A stretch of 64,000 nt of DNA, from the NCBI RefSeq assembly GCF_016432865.1, contig NC_067400.1, positions 65,348,001 to 65,412,000 of the forward strand, written 5' to 3'. This document shows positions 1-12,990 of the stretch, piece after piece. Position 1 is the first letter of the stretch; each line of letters begins with the position of its first letter. The notes under the pieces were generated by a model. That model ran no database searches and was not told the origin of the DNA. It was given only the letters and a program-made list of their open reading frames with translations. The position numbers and the translations under genes were made by a program. The DNA is from Antechinus flavipes (taxonomy: Eukaryota).

Positions 1-904
1 TGACCAAAGGAAAAATTGTTCATAGTGATACACACGGCTCCTGGAGGGCAAGGGACTTGTCTTCTTCCTTACTTCCATCTCCATGGTCTGACTGGTACAT
101 TATAGACACTCAACACCTGCTTCTTGTTTAATTAGATGTCTAGAACTATTTAAATCCTGTATTTCCATCTAGAATTTATCACCATATTGGGAATATAGAA
201 CGAGCCACAGAGGCTGCAAGGGATAAGAAGTAGGAGCTAGAGGAAAAGGGCTGTGGTGAACGTTTGTCCTTATTTCTAACTTGGATGGTGACAAGGGCAC
301 GTTGAGAACTTTAGAAGGATGACCAAGGCTATCCTTTGTGGCTTCACGTGGAGCCATTCTTGCAGGATATCAAGGAGTCTGCCTGCCTGGGATCTGTGGG
401 ATACTTCTCCTTCTGGGCCCCTTGCTCCCATCATAGTGGTACCAAGAACTCATCTACCACCTACCCAGACTATTGCAATAACTTCCTAAGAGGTCTTTCC
501 AGCTCCACCTTTTCCCTTTCCAAGTTATTCTCTCTCCCATTGCTAGTCTGAGCCTCCTTATTCATAGACTCAGCACTGCTCTGCTCAAAAATCTTCCACG
601 GCACCATATTGCCTCATGAGTAATGGATCATTTAAAACCTGTATAATCTGGAGTTACCTTCCCTTCCTATCTGACATTCTGTATTATTACTCCACTCTCC
701 ATACTCTTGCTCTTTAGTAAATGGATTGGCTTCTCTCCCTTGAATACTTCCTGTACTTTCCCTAGTCACAACTCTCACATCTCTTCTTCCCTTTTACATG
801 TTAAATTCCTCCTCAGCCTTTAAAATCTCTCCAATCTGTAACAAACTTTCCTCATCCTGGAGCTCATGCCACAATTGCACCTCTCTGATGTGTTAATTTT
901 TTCT

Positions 905-1070
905 TAGTCTAAATATTTGTTAAATAGATATAAATAAATATCAAATATATTTTATTTATATTATATTATATATATTATGTACACAATTATGCAATATATC
1001 ATAATAATAATGTAATATATAAAATATATTAAATAGATGTAAATATAAATAGATTTATTAAATAGAAGGC
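905..1070. repeat. AT-rich low-complexity tract
   Basis: Almost only A/T with TATA-type runs. Confidence 0.85.
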
Positions 1071-1741
1071 AAAGCAAGAATAATTATGACATTGTATCTC
1101 TAAACATTTCTTACAGATGCATGCAGTACCTTTGGGAAAGAAAAGACACAAATTTTAATATAGTAGTGAGGGTATATGTGTAGGGGAATCTCTGTGTCCA
1201 AGGGCCACCCACCACTCTGGAAGCCCAGGCCGTGGTCTTTCTTTTCCTCATGAACAATCCATAGGAAGTTTGTTAATGCATTTGGTGTATATTATTGCAT
1301 ATAGCTAAATATATACTTGCTATGTCCCTCTACTGGACTATAAGATCCAGAAGCCTGGGATTGAGTTTTATCTACATTTTATATTTTCCTCAGTGTCCTA
1401 CCCATAGTAAGCACTTAATTAGTCATTAAATCGAATTTCTTGAAGCCAGCCAGTTCAGTAGAAATCTGCTAAATGGGAAGAGTCTGCTAGTGCTGGGGAG
1501 CTTCCTAGATTTCATAAATTCATTGGATATTGGGCAAATAGGTGACCCGAGGTTTAATCTGTGTAAGGTTTGTTCAATTTGGGTTTTTGTAAAGATCTAT
1601 TGCAAATCCTGCCTTCCTATTTGCTTATATTGACCGGAAATATAGAGGAGGTAAACTAGGCTAGACACTTTTAACTCTAGAGCTTTGTCTAATTTTTTCT
1701 GTTACCTGCTCAGTTTAATGGTATTCCTTTACATTTTGCAG

Positions 1742-1940
1742 AACCTAGGAGTTATGTCGAGTCTGTGGCTCGAACAGCTGTGGCTGGACCCCGAACCCAG
1801 GATGCCGAGCCCAAGAGCCCAACTGTCCTAACTACCCAGACTTACGGTTCCGAGACACCGCTGAGGAATGGAACTCTGGGCAACTCCTTTGCCCCACCCA
1901 GTCCCATCTCAACCAGCAGTCCCCTCCTTGGCACCGACAG
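1742..1940 (+). CDS. TNS1: Tensin 1 internal coding exon ([18 protein letters not shown]...SSPLLGTD)
   Basis: ttttgcAG acceptor and AG|GTATGG donor; peptide matches recalled tensin-1 [21 protein letters not shown]; ends in phase 2, compatible with the next exon. Confidence 0.93.
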
Positions 1941-2197
1941 GTATGGGGCCAGCTGGGGTGAAGGACTGCAGTGGAATGGGTTGGGGCATAGAGATTAGAT
2001 GGGAGTGTTTTTAATACTTGGTAGATCATTGTGAGAGCCCGGTGGTGGGGACCAGATAGTCTGTACTGTTCACTCATGCCTGATTCACTGTACCTTCTAC
2101 ATCGATTAATAGATAAGCATTTATTAAACACCTCTTATGGGCCTGAGTTATACCAGACATATATATGTATATGTATAATGTATATGTGAAACCATTA

Positions 2198-2514
2198 TTT
2201 TTTTTAATTTTTATTTTTTAAAATATTTTATTTTATTTTATAATAACTTTATATGGACAGAATCCATGCCAGGGTAATTTTTTTTTACAATATTATCCCT
2301 TGCACTCGCTTCTGTTCCAATTTTTCCCCTCCCTCCCTCCACCCCCTCCCCTAGATGGCAAGCAGTCCTATATATGTTAGATATGTTGCAGTATATCCTA
2401 GATACAATATATGTTTGCAGACCAAACAGTACTTTCGTTGCACAGGGAGAATTGGATTCAGAAGGTAAAAAACAACTCAGAAAGAAAAACAAAAATGCAA
2501 ATAGTTCACATTCA
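2198..2514 (-). mobile_element. 5'-truncated L1 (3'UTR)
   Basis: Poly-T start; 17-bp TSD TATATGTGAAACCATTA at 2181-2197 and 2515-2531; similar to the other L1 3' ends in the window. Confidence 0.85.
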
Positions 2515-5500
2515 TATATGTGAAACCATTAAATGACCATATAAGACCATATATATGATGCTATATAGATGAGGTATATTGTTCCTTGTCTGAAGCCTAT
2601 TTTCCCTTCAGGACTCAGATGGAGCAAAGGCAGCTGGGTGTAGTGGGAAAGCTACTGGATCTGGAGTCAGATTGTTAGAAAGGAAGTGGGGGAGAAGGCA
2701 TTCCCACATGGGCAATAGATTGAGTAAGGTTAAGAATGCATCAAGTATGAGTGTGGTGGGGATTGGAGTGCCAGATATGCTAAGCTTGGGAAGGAAGATT
2801 GGGGACACACTGTGGAGTTCCTTTTCTGCTAGTGTCTGAGAAGTCTGTACAAGATTAATTCCTGGCTGGGATCCTCTATAAATGAATAATTCTTTCACTG
2901 AATCACTAATGCACACCTTTCCCACTCTATTTCTCAAATCTCTAGGGCTCCCTTATGAATCTGGGTCTTCAGCCACCTTCTCTGTGTTTTCCTTTGGCCA
3001 AAGGGAAATTCCTTGGGTGGGGATAGGGGGGCAGGGATCACTCCAGAGCATGGGAGTTGCAGCACTTCCTTCCTGAAGAGTGTCTTCCAGGCCAGACCAA
3101 CCCAGCCCCTCCTAGCTCTCTGGCTCTCTCTCCCTTTTGGTAGCTTCTTCTCAGATGGGTAGGGCTAGAGGAAAGACAGAGTCAGTAAGAACAGACTTCC
3201 TTGGGCCCCATCCAAGATGATCAGATGCAATTAGTCTGGGGATTCGAGGAATTCTGGAAGCACGAGCTGAGCAGACCTTTCAGAGATTACAGAATCACGG
3301 AACCTTAGAGTGGATAGAGACCTTTAAGGTCATCTAATTCAAATTATATTCAGCTCTACCACAGTCTTGGCAAATGTTCGTCCTTCCTTTGAAGACTTTC
3401 AGTGGCAGGTTTCTGCTTCCTTCCCTATTGAGGCAAGCACAGGCCTTTTGGACAGCTCTCCTTGTTAGATGAGGTTACATAATAGGCTCCTTATAGAATG
3501 TAAACTCCTTGAAGGTAGGGATGATTCCAATCTTTTTTATATTACCAGTACATCAAACTTAATACTAGTTGATTGACCCAATAAGTAGTTATTCCTTATT
3601 TTAAAGTGAAATCTGCCTCTTGGAAACTTCTCCCTCCTTAGTCTCTCCTGCTATTGCTCCTGACTCTGACTTATATACTCCCCCCCCCCAAAAAAAAGTG
3701 TAATCCATCTCCTTCAGGCAGCAGTTCCCTGTCCTCTTCAAAGCCCAACTCAAGTCCCATTTCTTTCTGAAAGTCTTCTCCACTGCCCATGAATCCATAT
3801 TTCCCCCTCTGAACTTGCAGCCTTGATCGACTATATTCTCCACTCTATCTCCACTCTATCCTGTAAACTCTGTAGATCTCCCATATATAATTACTAACTA
3901 GATCAGGAGCTCCTTGAGGGAAAAGTTTGGGTTCCATCTATGTCTGCCTCAGACCACCAGCTTCTTCAGGGCAGATCTTGGGTCTGTTCTTTTCCATTGT
4001 GCAGCCTGGTCCCTCCTATCTTCATCAAAGCATCCTAGAGGAAGAGGGATGTTTCCCACTGTATTAAAGTCCTCCAGGAACTGGTTTAATGGTTTTCTTT
4101 AATTAGCTGGCTAATTACCCTTGATCAGGAAGTTCTTCATTGAAGCTCACCTAAGTTCTTCCTATTCCGGTGAAATGAAGAACTTGTCACTTAGGGACCA
4201 AAAGAAGGCCCTCTTGACTGTCAGGACCCTACTTAGCCTTATCTCCTTCTGATTAATGGATTTCAGTTATTTTTTCTCACTTTCTTAAGACCTAGCTTCA
4301 GTGTTGAGGCCATTAAGTTCTTTCATCCTGTTTTTCCCCTCCCAAGAAAGTATCTCCATTCTAGGTCTACTCTTCATATTCTACTGCTCTTAGAACAGTA
4401 GTATCCTGAACCAGAACTTGGAAACTAAAATTATATAAAGTGATAGAAAATAGCATTAGATTTAGAGTCAGGAACTACCGATTGGCCATGTGACTTTAGG
4501 CGAATATATTTCATCTATAAAGGAAACTTTATAGATGAACTGGATAGATGATGTCTGAGGTCATTTCTAGCTCCAACATCTTACGATTCTGAGTTTGACC
4601 AGTCAGGTTACTCTGGGCTAATTAGAATAAACCATTCAGAGCTCTCTTCTTTTCCCGACTCACTTGCTCTTGCCTTGATGAAATATCTCAACCTGGCGGA
4701 GAATCCTTGGCTTCTGGCATAGACCAGCTTGACCTCGGGATGAAGCTGAAAGCCATGTGTAATGAATAAAGTCATCCCCTGGGGAATCCACCCGGCCAAA
4801 TATTGCCTGTGGTGGGAGCCAGAGATGAGAGCCTCTCCTGGCTTGAAATTGTATGTCCTGCAACTTCATGTCTATGGCATGTCTCTCTTATGTAATGACT
4901 TCTCCTCCCATAGGTAGCTCCCCAAACTTTCCTCAACCATCCATGGTGCACACCCCATGTATAGCCCATTTCTACAAGTTTTAATACCCCAATGGTTGTT
5001 GCTTTTAAAAAAAACTTCCCAATTTTAGGTGATTTAAATGATCTGAATGGAAGGGGAGGGTCCTGTTATTTAAAGATAATCAGTAATAATTTAGGAGAAG
5101 AATCTTCTTTGGAAGATAGATTACCAAAATCCTAATTTAAGTATATAGCCAGGATTCTGAGCTAAGTTAAAGCAAGTTTCATTAACTACTAAATCCAAGG
5201 GTCTAGGGAGAAGTTCGGTGAAAAATCTCTAATACTGGCACAAAAAGGGAAGTCAGCACAGAAAGAAAAAGAGTTGGGGTGGATAAAGTTTGCAAAGCAC
5301 TTTCCATAAAAGTTCATCTACATTGATTCTTACAGCAACCCATTTTACAGATCAGCAAATTGAAATTCAGAGAAAATGAAAGCATTGGAAAAACCAAGAA
5401 TCAAGGGTCATTTCAACTCTAAATTCCTTGAAACTCTAATTCTGTGATGTTCAGTGAAATAATAAGTATTGGTCTGACTTCTAGTCCTGGAACCACAATC

Positions 5501-5774
5501 AAATAACTAACTTCCATTGTTCCTGGAAAGGGTATAGCCAGTCTTTCCCCCTGGGTTCCAGTTACCATCCCTATAATCTGGATTCTGTATTTTCTCTTCT
5601 ATTTGAATATAAGCTCCTCAAAGATCAGGATTCGTTTAATATTTTTATTTGTGTCTCTAGTGCTTAGCTTACAACAAGTACTTGATATATGATTTTTTGT
5701 TCATTCATTCAAATTCATTCATTCATTCACTCATGACAGATTCTGATTCCTAAGTTTGGATAGAGTGGAATATA

Positions 5775-6144
5775 ACCATATGATCATCTCAATAAATGCA
5801 GAAAAAGCATTTGATAAAATACAATATCCATTCCTATTAAAAACACTTGAGAGTATAGGAATAAATGGACTTTTCCTTAAAATAATCAGCAGCATCTATT
5901 TAAAACCATTAATAAACATCATATGTAATGGGAAAAAACTGCAACCATTCCCAGTAAGATCAGGAGTGAAACAAGGTTGCCCACTATCACCGTTACTATT
6001 CAATATTGTATTAGAAATGCTACCTTTGGCAATAAGAGTTGAGAAAGAGATTAAAGGAATTAGAGTAGGCAATGAGGAAACCAAATTATCACTCTTTGCT
6101 GATGATATGATGGTATACTTAGAGAACCCCAGAGATTTTACTAA
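5775..6144 (+). mobile_element. Internal L1 ORF2 reverse-transcriptase fragment
   Basis: Encodes [17 protein letters not shown]...[18 protein letters not shown]...LFADDM; flanked by AGTGGAATATA on both sides. Confidence 0.95.
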
Positions 6145-6615
6145 AGTGGAATATATCAGAACTCATGTACCTCTTTCCTGGGGGATGGGGGGTGACCATA
6201 GTCGTGTTCCAGCTTCTCCAGAGGTAAATGATGTTGATGACATAGTTATGGCATGTTAGACTGAGATAGCTTTCTTTGACATAGATTCTTTTTGTTGACT
6301 TTAGCACAATAACCGTGCATTCTCCTCACTCTACTTTGGACCGTTATCGACTCATCTCTTCTTCCACTCCATAACAACAGGCTCTTTTTCCTTATTGACT
6401 GAAACACAAAATCATGACGCTTGGTTCTGCACCTCATCTGCAGTGAGAAGTTCCCATCAGTTACTAAATATGCGGCCTTGGGCTGATTTTCATCCCTCTG
6501 TGGCCCAGATTTCTTCTAGGAAATAAGAGGCTCAGACTAGATGATTCCCAAGGTCCTTCCCAGTGCTAGCGGGTCATGCTCGTGTTCTCAGCTTTATCAG
6601 TGGGAGGATCTGGAA

Positions 6616-6807
6616 CAGGGGTCCTCAAATCTTTTAAATAGGAGGCCAGTTCACTGTCCCTCAGACTGTTGGAGGGCCGGACTATAGTAAAAACAAAAAC
6701 TTTGTTTTGTGGGCCTTTAAATAAAGAAACTTCATAGCCCTGGGTGAGGGGGATAAACGTCCTCAGCTGCTGCATCTGGCCCATGGGCCATAGTTTGAGG
6801 ACCCCTG
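6616..6807. mobile_element. hAT/Charlie MITE, OC1 (OposCharlie1)-like, copy 1
   Basis: TIR CAGGGGTCCTCAAA...TTTGAGGACCCCTG; 8-bp flanks atctggaa/ctttagaa (5/8). Confidence 0.88.
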
Positions 6808-7030
6808 CTTTAGAACATGATTATGGGGTTTCCAAGGGGAAAGGGGTGCAGGGTTTCCACCCAATTCATGACATTCTGAGTCAGGACCAGTTTCACTTAG
6901 TGTGGAAGCTACTTCTCAACCTTCACCAATAGGCAGCAGCTGGGGCTAGAACTGAGTGTCTGACGTGTATGGATGTATCTGGGCCTGTAAATATGAATTA
7001 AATGTGCGCTCTGGATCCTTGTCTTTTCAG

Positions 7031-8010
7031 CACGTCCATGGGGAGTTTCCCATCAGCAGAGAGCAGTGGCCTGGGCCCCAGGACGCCTCCCCAGCCCGTG
7101 GCAGATGCCAGCTTCCACTCCGGCAGCCTAGGGCCCCCTCCGTCTTCTGCCCAGAGCAGCTACCAGAACACCTCCCCCACCCTGCCCGCCGCCCCCAGCG
7201 GCCACCGCAGTCCCGACTACTTCGCCTCGGACGCTCGGCCTCAGTCTCAGTTCTCGGTGGCAGGTGTCCACACCCTGCCTGGGAGCCCCCAGACTCTCCA
7301 CCGTACGGTGGGGACCAACACTCCTCCTAGTCCAGGCTTTGGCCGGCGGGCGGTCAATCCCGGCATGGCGGCCCCTTCTCTTGGTAGCCCAGGCCTGAGC
7401 CGCCGCCAGGTCTCGGGTCCCCATGGCAATGCCATGGCCGGCCTCCATGGCAACGCCATCGCCAGTCCCCAGAGCAGCGTGGCCGCCTCCCCGGGCAGCC
7501 CCAGCCTGGGCCGGCACCCCCTCGGGGCTGTCCACAGCAGTTCAGCCACTACTCCGGGGAGTCCCGGCCTGGGCCGCCACGTGGCAGGCCTGGGAGGGAC
7601 CGGGCCGGCGGTCCCAGGCAGCCCCAGCATGGACAGGCACGCGGCCTACGGCGGCTACTCCACCCCCGAGGACAGGAGACCCACTCTGTCCCGGCAGAGC
7701 AGCGCCTCCGGCTACCAGGCTCCCTCCACGCCCTCCTTCCCGGTCTCCCCGGCCTACTACCCCGGGATGGGCAGCCCGACATCCTCCTCCCCGGATTCCG
7801 CGGCCTTCCGCCAGGGGAGCCCCACCCCCGCCTTGCCCGAGAAGCGGAGAATGTCGGCGGGAGACCGGGCGGGCAGCCTCCCCAACTACGCCACCGTCAA
7901 TGGGAAGGTGTCCTCGTCCCCCATCTCCAGCGGCATGTCCAGCCCCAGCGGGGGCAGCATGGTCTCCTTCTCCCACACCCTTCCCGACTTTTCCAAGTTC
8001 TCCATGCCGG
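7031..8010 (+). CDS. TNS1: Tensin 1 large GC/CpG-rich exon, Ser/Pro-rich region with PGSPxLGRH repeats
   Basis: tcttttcAG acceptor, G|GTGAGT donor; contains [40 protein letters not shown] and [10 protein letters not shown]; 980 bp, frame consistent. Confidence 0.96.
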
Positions 8011-10384
8011 GTGAGTGCCCCCAGCCCCAAACTCGGATCCCCGGAGGCTTCTGGATCTCTGCCTCCAAACAGCAGACGGGCGTCCAGAGAACCCCCAGCC
8101 TTGGCTCTGACTTGGGTATAAGGTCAGGCGCTTCCAGGATTTGGTACCTGGCCTTTGGGGGCTTCAGAGAGGCAAGGAGGAGGGCCCCAGATCCTGGGGG
8201 TCTTTGTCAGTAACTAGCTGTTAGGGAAGGAACAGTGACATTTCCCCATCTCCCTTTGAAAAGTAGATCAAAAATACAAATTTGAGGATTCCCTGTTAGA
8301 ACAAGTGGCTTGAATTATAGCTGAGATTGCTTGACCCCCCCAGGAGGAAGGCTCCACCTTGATCATTGTTATCGTATTATTTTGAATGTTGAGATTGGAT
8401 GCCGTTTTACAAGTAATCACCCTCAGCCTGCATCCTCTAAAGTCAGTAACGCAGACCCGCAGAGCTCTAGCACCCCTAGCCTGCCTCTAACCTTCCATTC
8501 CCTGTCCGTCCCTCCTCGGTGGGCAGGATCCCCAGCAGGAACTCTAGTGCGCCGCTGCTCTCTCTTCCCAGGAGGGACATTTGGTTCCCAGTCCCTCTCT
8601 CTCCTCGGGGGGATGTGAAGCTTCTGGGGTCAGTACACTTCCTGTTTCCCACTATCTTCCCTGCTTAAAATAGCCCTTGGAGTCAACACAGGAAGGCAGA
8701 TGCAGTTGTGGTCTCTCCTGGCAGCTCATTAGATAGAAACCACAGCAGTGGGTGTTTGGGGGCTTCAAAGCGGCAAGAAGAAGGGCTTAGAACACTTCCA
8801 GACGGTCCTTCTGCTACTCCCAGTCCCCGGGGGTCTTTCTCAGTGACTAGCTCTTAGGGAAGGAACATTGACACTTCTCCATCCTCCTTTGAAAAATAGG
8901 TCAGAAGTACTGATTTGAGGATTGTGCTCCCTGTCAGAGCAAGTGACTTGAATTTTAGCAGGAGCTGAGATGGGTTGACCTTCCCAGGATGAAGACTCAA
9001 TCTTGATTAAAGCTTTGTCTTGAACCCTTGCAGCCTAATGAGTCTCCCACTATGACCATCTTCCAATACCATGATCTCTCTCTGAAGGATGTAGAATCAG
9101 AAAGACATCTTTATTCACCTTAGTAATATCAAGTCAGCATTTATACAATGCTCTAATGTTTGCAAACAACCCTGGGAGATAGGAGCCCGGGTTCAGGATC
9201 CCACAAACTGGCAAGTGTTGGAGACCAGATTCAAATTCAGGTTTTCCTAACTCCAGATTCAGGGCTCTGTTCACTGTGCCTCCTGATCGCCCCTTTTGTG
9301 GGTGTGTACACACACATACATATATACACACATAAAATACACGTACATTTATACTACATATATCTATCCATTTTGTGTGTGTGTGTGTATGGGGAATGAG
9401 TAGGGAGCAAGTAGCATATACATATATTTATATAGATATCTATATCTACATATCTATACCTATATCTATATTTATCTGTTCCTAAACCTGTAATATTAAT
9501 TGAGATGATTATTTTAGATTATATATATATTGGAAGGGACTTTGGAGGTCATTCTTTCTCCATCTGGACTGGAAGGGGGCCAGTATGGTGTAATTGGATT
9601 GGGAATTGGGAGATCTAAATTCTAATTCTCCCTTTCTCTTACTAATCATTTAACTATGCATAAATCATTTCCTATCTCTGGGTCTCATTTTTGTCTTAAA
9701 AATAAAAGAGTTTGCCTAGATGATTGCTAACATTCCATTCAGCTCTGATGTTCCCAGAAAAATTATATGATGGATTCATGGGATACTTCTACGTGGGAAT
9801 GTGACATATAACACAAAATGCCACATTCCCAGTTGATCTCCTCCAATTGCCAATTACTTAATCTCTTTGCCCAAGTCCTACAATGATTATGTTCTCAAGG
9901 TGATGTGCCATAATACTTCCATTCTTCTGGCTTCTGGCAGGATCTCCTCGGGTTGAGGAAGGGCAAAGTAGCAGGTGTGCAGAAGAAATAGTTTGGGAAA
10001 AATTGGCTGTTTTTGCTTTCATCTTTAAGACTCTGAATTGGTCATGATGAAAAAGATTGGAAAAATAATGATGAATTTTTGATGAGTAAGAGTTAGGAGC
10101 TTGGGATGATTTAATTGGAAGAAGAAGAATCTGAGAGAAGAACTCAGGAATGACATTTAAACTTATAAGAGATTGTTGAATAGAGATCAGAGTGATAATG
10201 CTGCTTTGAAGAGTTTAGTTTTTAAGAAATAATTTTGAGAGAAGAGTTTTCCAAACAGCAAAGAATTTTTGTGTACCTGAGATGATTTATGTGAAATATC
10301 TTCATGAAGACAGGGATGAGAGGTCCTGTCCAGTGCCATCTGATGGTATTTGATGATTAACACTCCTTTTCTCTCTTTCCGCAG

Positions 10385-10471
10385 ACAATAGTCCTGAAAC
10401 CCGGGCTAATGTTAAGTTTGTCCAGGACACATCCAAGTATTGGTACAAACCTGAGATCTCCAGGGAGCAGG
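10385..10471 (+). CDS. TNS1: Tensin 1 exon, start of SH2 ([29 protein letters not shown])
   Basis: tttccgcAG / G|GTGAGT; [10 protein letters not shown] fits TNS1 rather than TNS2 or TNS3. Confidence 0.97.
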
Positions 10472-11019
10472 GTGAGTCCAGGTGAAATGGACCATGGAGG
10501 GTGATGCTCCATGTAAACTTTGCACCTGTTAGAAATGATTGTTTAAGAACCTTCTCCTGTACCTCCTTCTAACGAAGCAAAATAGACATATGGTCGTGGT
10601 TCCTTATGGGCCTTAGGAAGGAAGCTGGAAGCTGAAAAGAGTTTCTGGACGATGTGGCTAAGACCCTGGAACTGGCTAGGGAATCTCCTGTGACTCAGGC
10701 CATGAGCATGTATTAAACCCACAGCATAGAAACAAAAGGCAGATGCCTTCAAGAAGCTTGTATTCTAATGGAGGAGACACGTCAGTGAGTAGAAAGATAC
10801 ATAAAAGGCACATAAAGACTAAAGGAAGGTAGCTTTAGGAAGAAAGGAAGTGCTTGCAAGCTGTTTTAAAGAGAGCCAGGGATTCCTGATGCCTTCTGTA
10901 CCAAAAGCTAAATCCTCTGTCTGATAAAGTCCGGGATTCTTATGCCTTATTGCAGCCCACCCCCAGTGCTCTTCCATGTTTGTACCTCGGATGTGACCCT
11001 CCATCTTCTGACTCCAAGC

Positions 11020-11300
11020 ACCTTCACTGACTGGAACTCTCTCCCTCTCATCTCTGCCTCCTGGCCTCCCTCAAGTCTCACTTCTGGAGGAAGCCCTTCC
11101 CTATTCTTCTAATGCTGTTGCCTTCTCATTGCTGATTACCTCCAGTTTATCCTGTCTGTCTTGTTTGTACGCAATTTGTTGTCTCCCTCCTTTAGACTGT
11201 GAACTCCTCCAGGGCAGAGATTGTCTTTTACCTTTCTCTCTATATTTGGTACAGTACCTGGCACATAGTAGGTGCTCAATAAAATGCTAGTTGACTGGCT
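11020..11300 (+). mobile_element. L2 LINE 3' end
   Basis: Typical tail gactgtgaactcctccagggcagag...cctggcacatagtaggtgctcaataaa. Confidence 0.8.
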
Positions 11301-11895
11301 GACCAATGGAACCTTACACATGGAGGAGGAGGAAGGAGGTGATCCCAGGCACAGGGAGTCAGTAAAAAGGCAGAAACACAGGAGATGGAAAATTATATGG
11401 GGGGTAATGGTAATCACTTATCCTGAATTGTTCAGAGGGGATGGAAATAATTAGTTAAAAGGCTGGAAAGGTAGAAAGAGACTAGGTTTTGAAAAACTTT
11501 AAATGACAAACAGGAAAGGCCTGGCCTGAATAGCAATGGATCTACATAGCTCAGAGGCAGGATGGCTTGAATGATAGACATCCCATCTTTATCCTTAATC
11601 TAGGACTTCACTCAATTTGCATATGAAGAAAGTTGAAGTTTCAGAGTAGAGACTTTCTTTGACATGTCAGTGACAGACTGGGAGAACCCAGGAATCCCGA
11701 CTTTCAGGATTTTTATCTTCTTAGAGCAAAGAAAGAACATAATCTCACAGGGAAGGGAAAGAAGAAAAAGGAGGAGAAGGAAAGGAAAACATCATAAAAG
11801 ATTCTTGGAAAGCTTTGCCTGAATGGGTTAAGGGGATCAAATCACTAAATTATTATTTTCTTTTTCCATTTCTTCTCTTTCTCCACCAATTATAG

Positions 11896-12027
11896 CCATC
11901 ACTTTACTTAAGGACCGGGAGCCAGGAGCTTTCATCATTCGAGATAGCCACTCTTTTCGGGGAGCTTATGGCTTGGCCATGAAAGTGGCGTCTCCTCCTC
12001 CCACCATCCTTCAGCAGAGTAAGAAAG
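11896..12027 (+). CDS. TNS1: Tensin 1 SH2 exon ([31 protein letters not shown]...)
   Basis: tatAG / G|GTATT; FIIRDS is the SH2 phosphotyrosine-binding signature. Confidence 0.97.
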
Positions 12028-12319
12028 GTATTAAATATGTTCTTTGAGAATTGTGCTGGTAAATGAGGAGGAGATGAATGAGGGGCAGGAGAGGTGAGAT
12101 TTGTTTGATTCTCTCTGTTCCTGATTTGGGGAGGACTTGCTGGTGACTGTTCCCTCTCCACCCATATTATCCCCAAATAGAACCCATCTCTCTTCCTTTA
12201 TTCCTCCCAGAAAAAGCCAAAGATTATGAGGAGGAGCAGAAGGGCAGATTCTGGGGTTCAGGGTGGAGAGTAGGGGAGGAACGTGAGAAGGAAGCAGTCA
12301 TCCTGTTCTGTTCTTCCAG

Positions 12320-12412
12320 GAGACATGACCAATGAGCTGGTGAGGCATTTCCTGATTGAGACTAGCCCCAGAGGGGTGAAGCTAAAAGGATGCCCAAATG
12401 AGCCAAACTTTG
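12320..12412 (+). CDS. TNS1: Tensin 1 SH2 exon ([31 protein letters not shown])
   Basis: ttcttccAG / G|GTGAGT; in frame. Confidence 0.97.
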
Positions 12413-12912
12413 GTGAGTCTGCCCATCTGACTTTCCCCACTGTTCAGTCTGATCTAGCAGGGAATTCTGCAGTCTGCCCCTTAGTCTCTCCTGCTGTAGC
12501 TTCTGCCCATTCCTGTATGTAGCCTCTGTGTACTAAATCCTCTCTGAAGCCCCCATTCAGATAGAGGACTCCATAAAAATGGGTTCACCTTAGAGACATC
12601 AGGAAGCACTTCCAATGGGGAAGGTTTTTAGTTTGTGGCCAAGAAACATCTTTAAAAAGAAGCATCTTTAAAAAGAAGAGATTTTTATTTTTAGCATCCT
12701 GAGATTATTAAGATCTATCTGTCCAGGGGCAAGGAGAATGGATGTCTAGATGAACCGGTTGGGTGAGACAATTTGATCATATTCATGGACTTTGGGGGAC
12801 GTTTCCCACACATACACACAGAAATGAAAGAAGAAAGTCATTCTCCCGTCCTTTCTCTCCTTTCCCTGCTGTTCAGCTCCCTCTAATGCTGGATCCATCT
12901 CTGTCCCTGCAG

Positions 12913-12990
12913 GATGTCTCTCTGCTCTGGTCTACCAGCACTCTATCATCCCATTGGCTCTCCCCTGCAAGCTGGTCATTCCAAACCGAG
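12913..12990 (+). CDS. TNS1: Tensin 1 SH2 C-terminal exon ([26 protein letters not shown])
   Basis: ccctgcAG / G|GTAGG; in frame. Confidence 0.97.

Noticed and set aside
4100-4117. Perfect palindrome TAATTAGC-TG-GCTAATTA
   Set aside because: Only 8-bp arms and lies in apparent L3-like remnant sequence.
5756-6259. 167-aa RT-like ORF as a host gene
   Set aside because: An L1 fragment with a TTG start, no splice context and only part of the RT domain.
7128-8121. Long overlapping ORFs on both strands (232, 162, 135, 127 aa)
   Set aside because: By-products of the GC-rich TNS1 exon, where stop codons are rare; no recognisable products.
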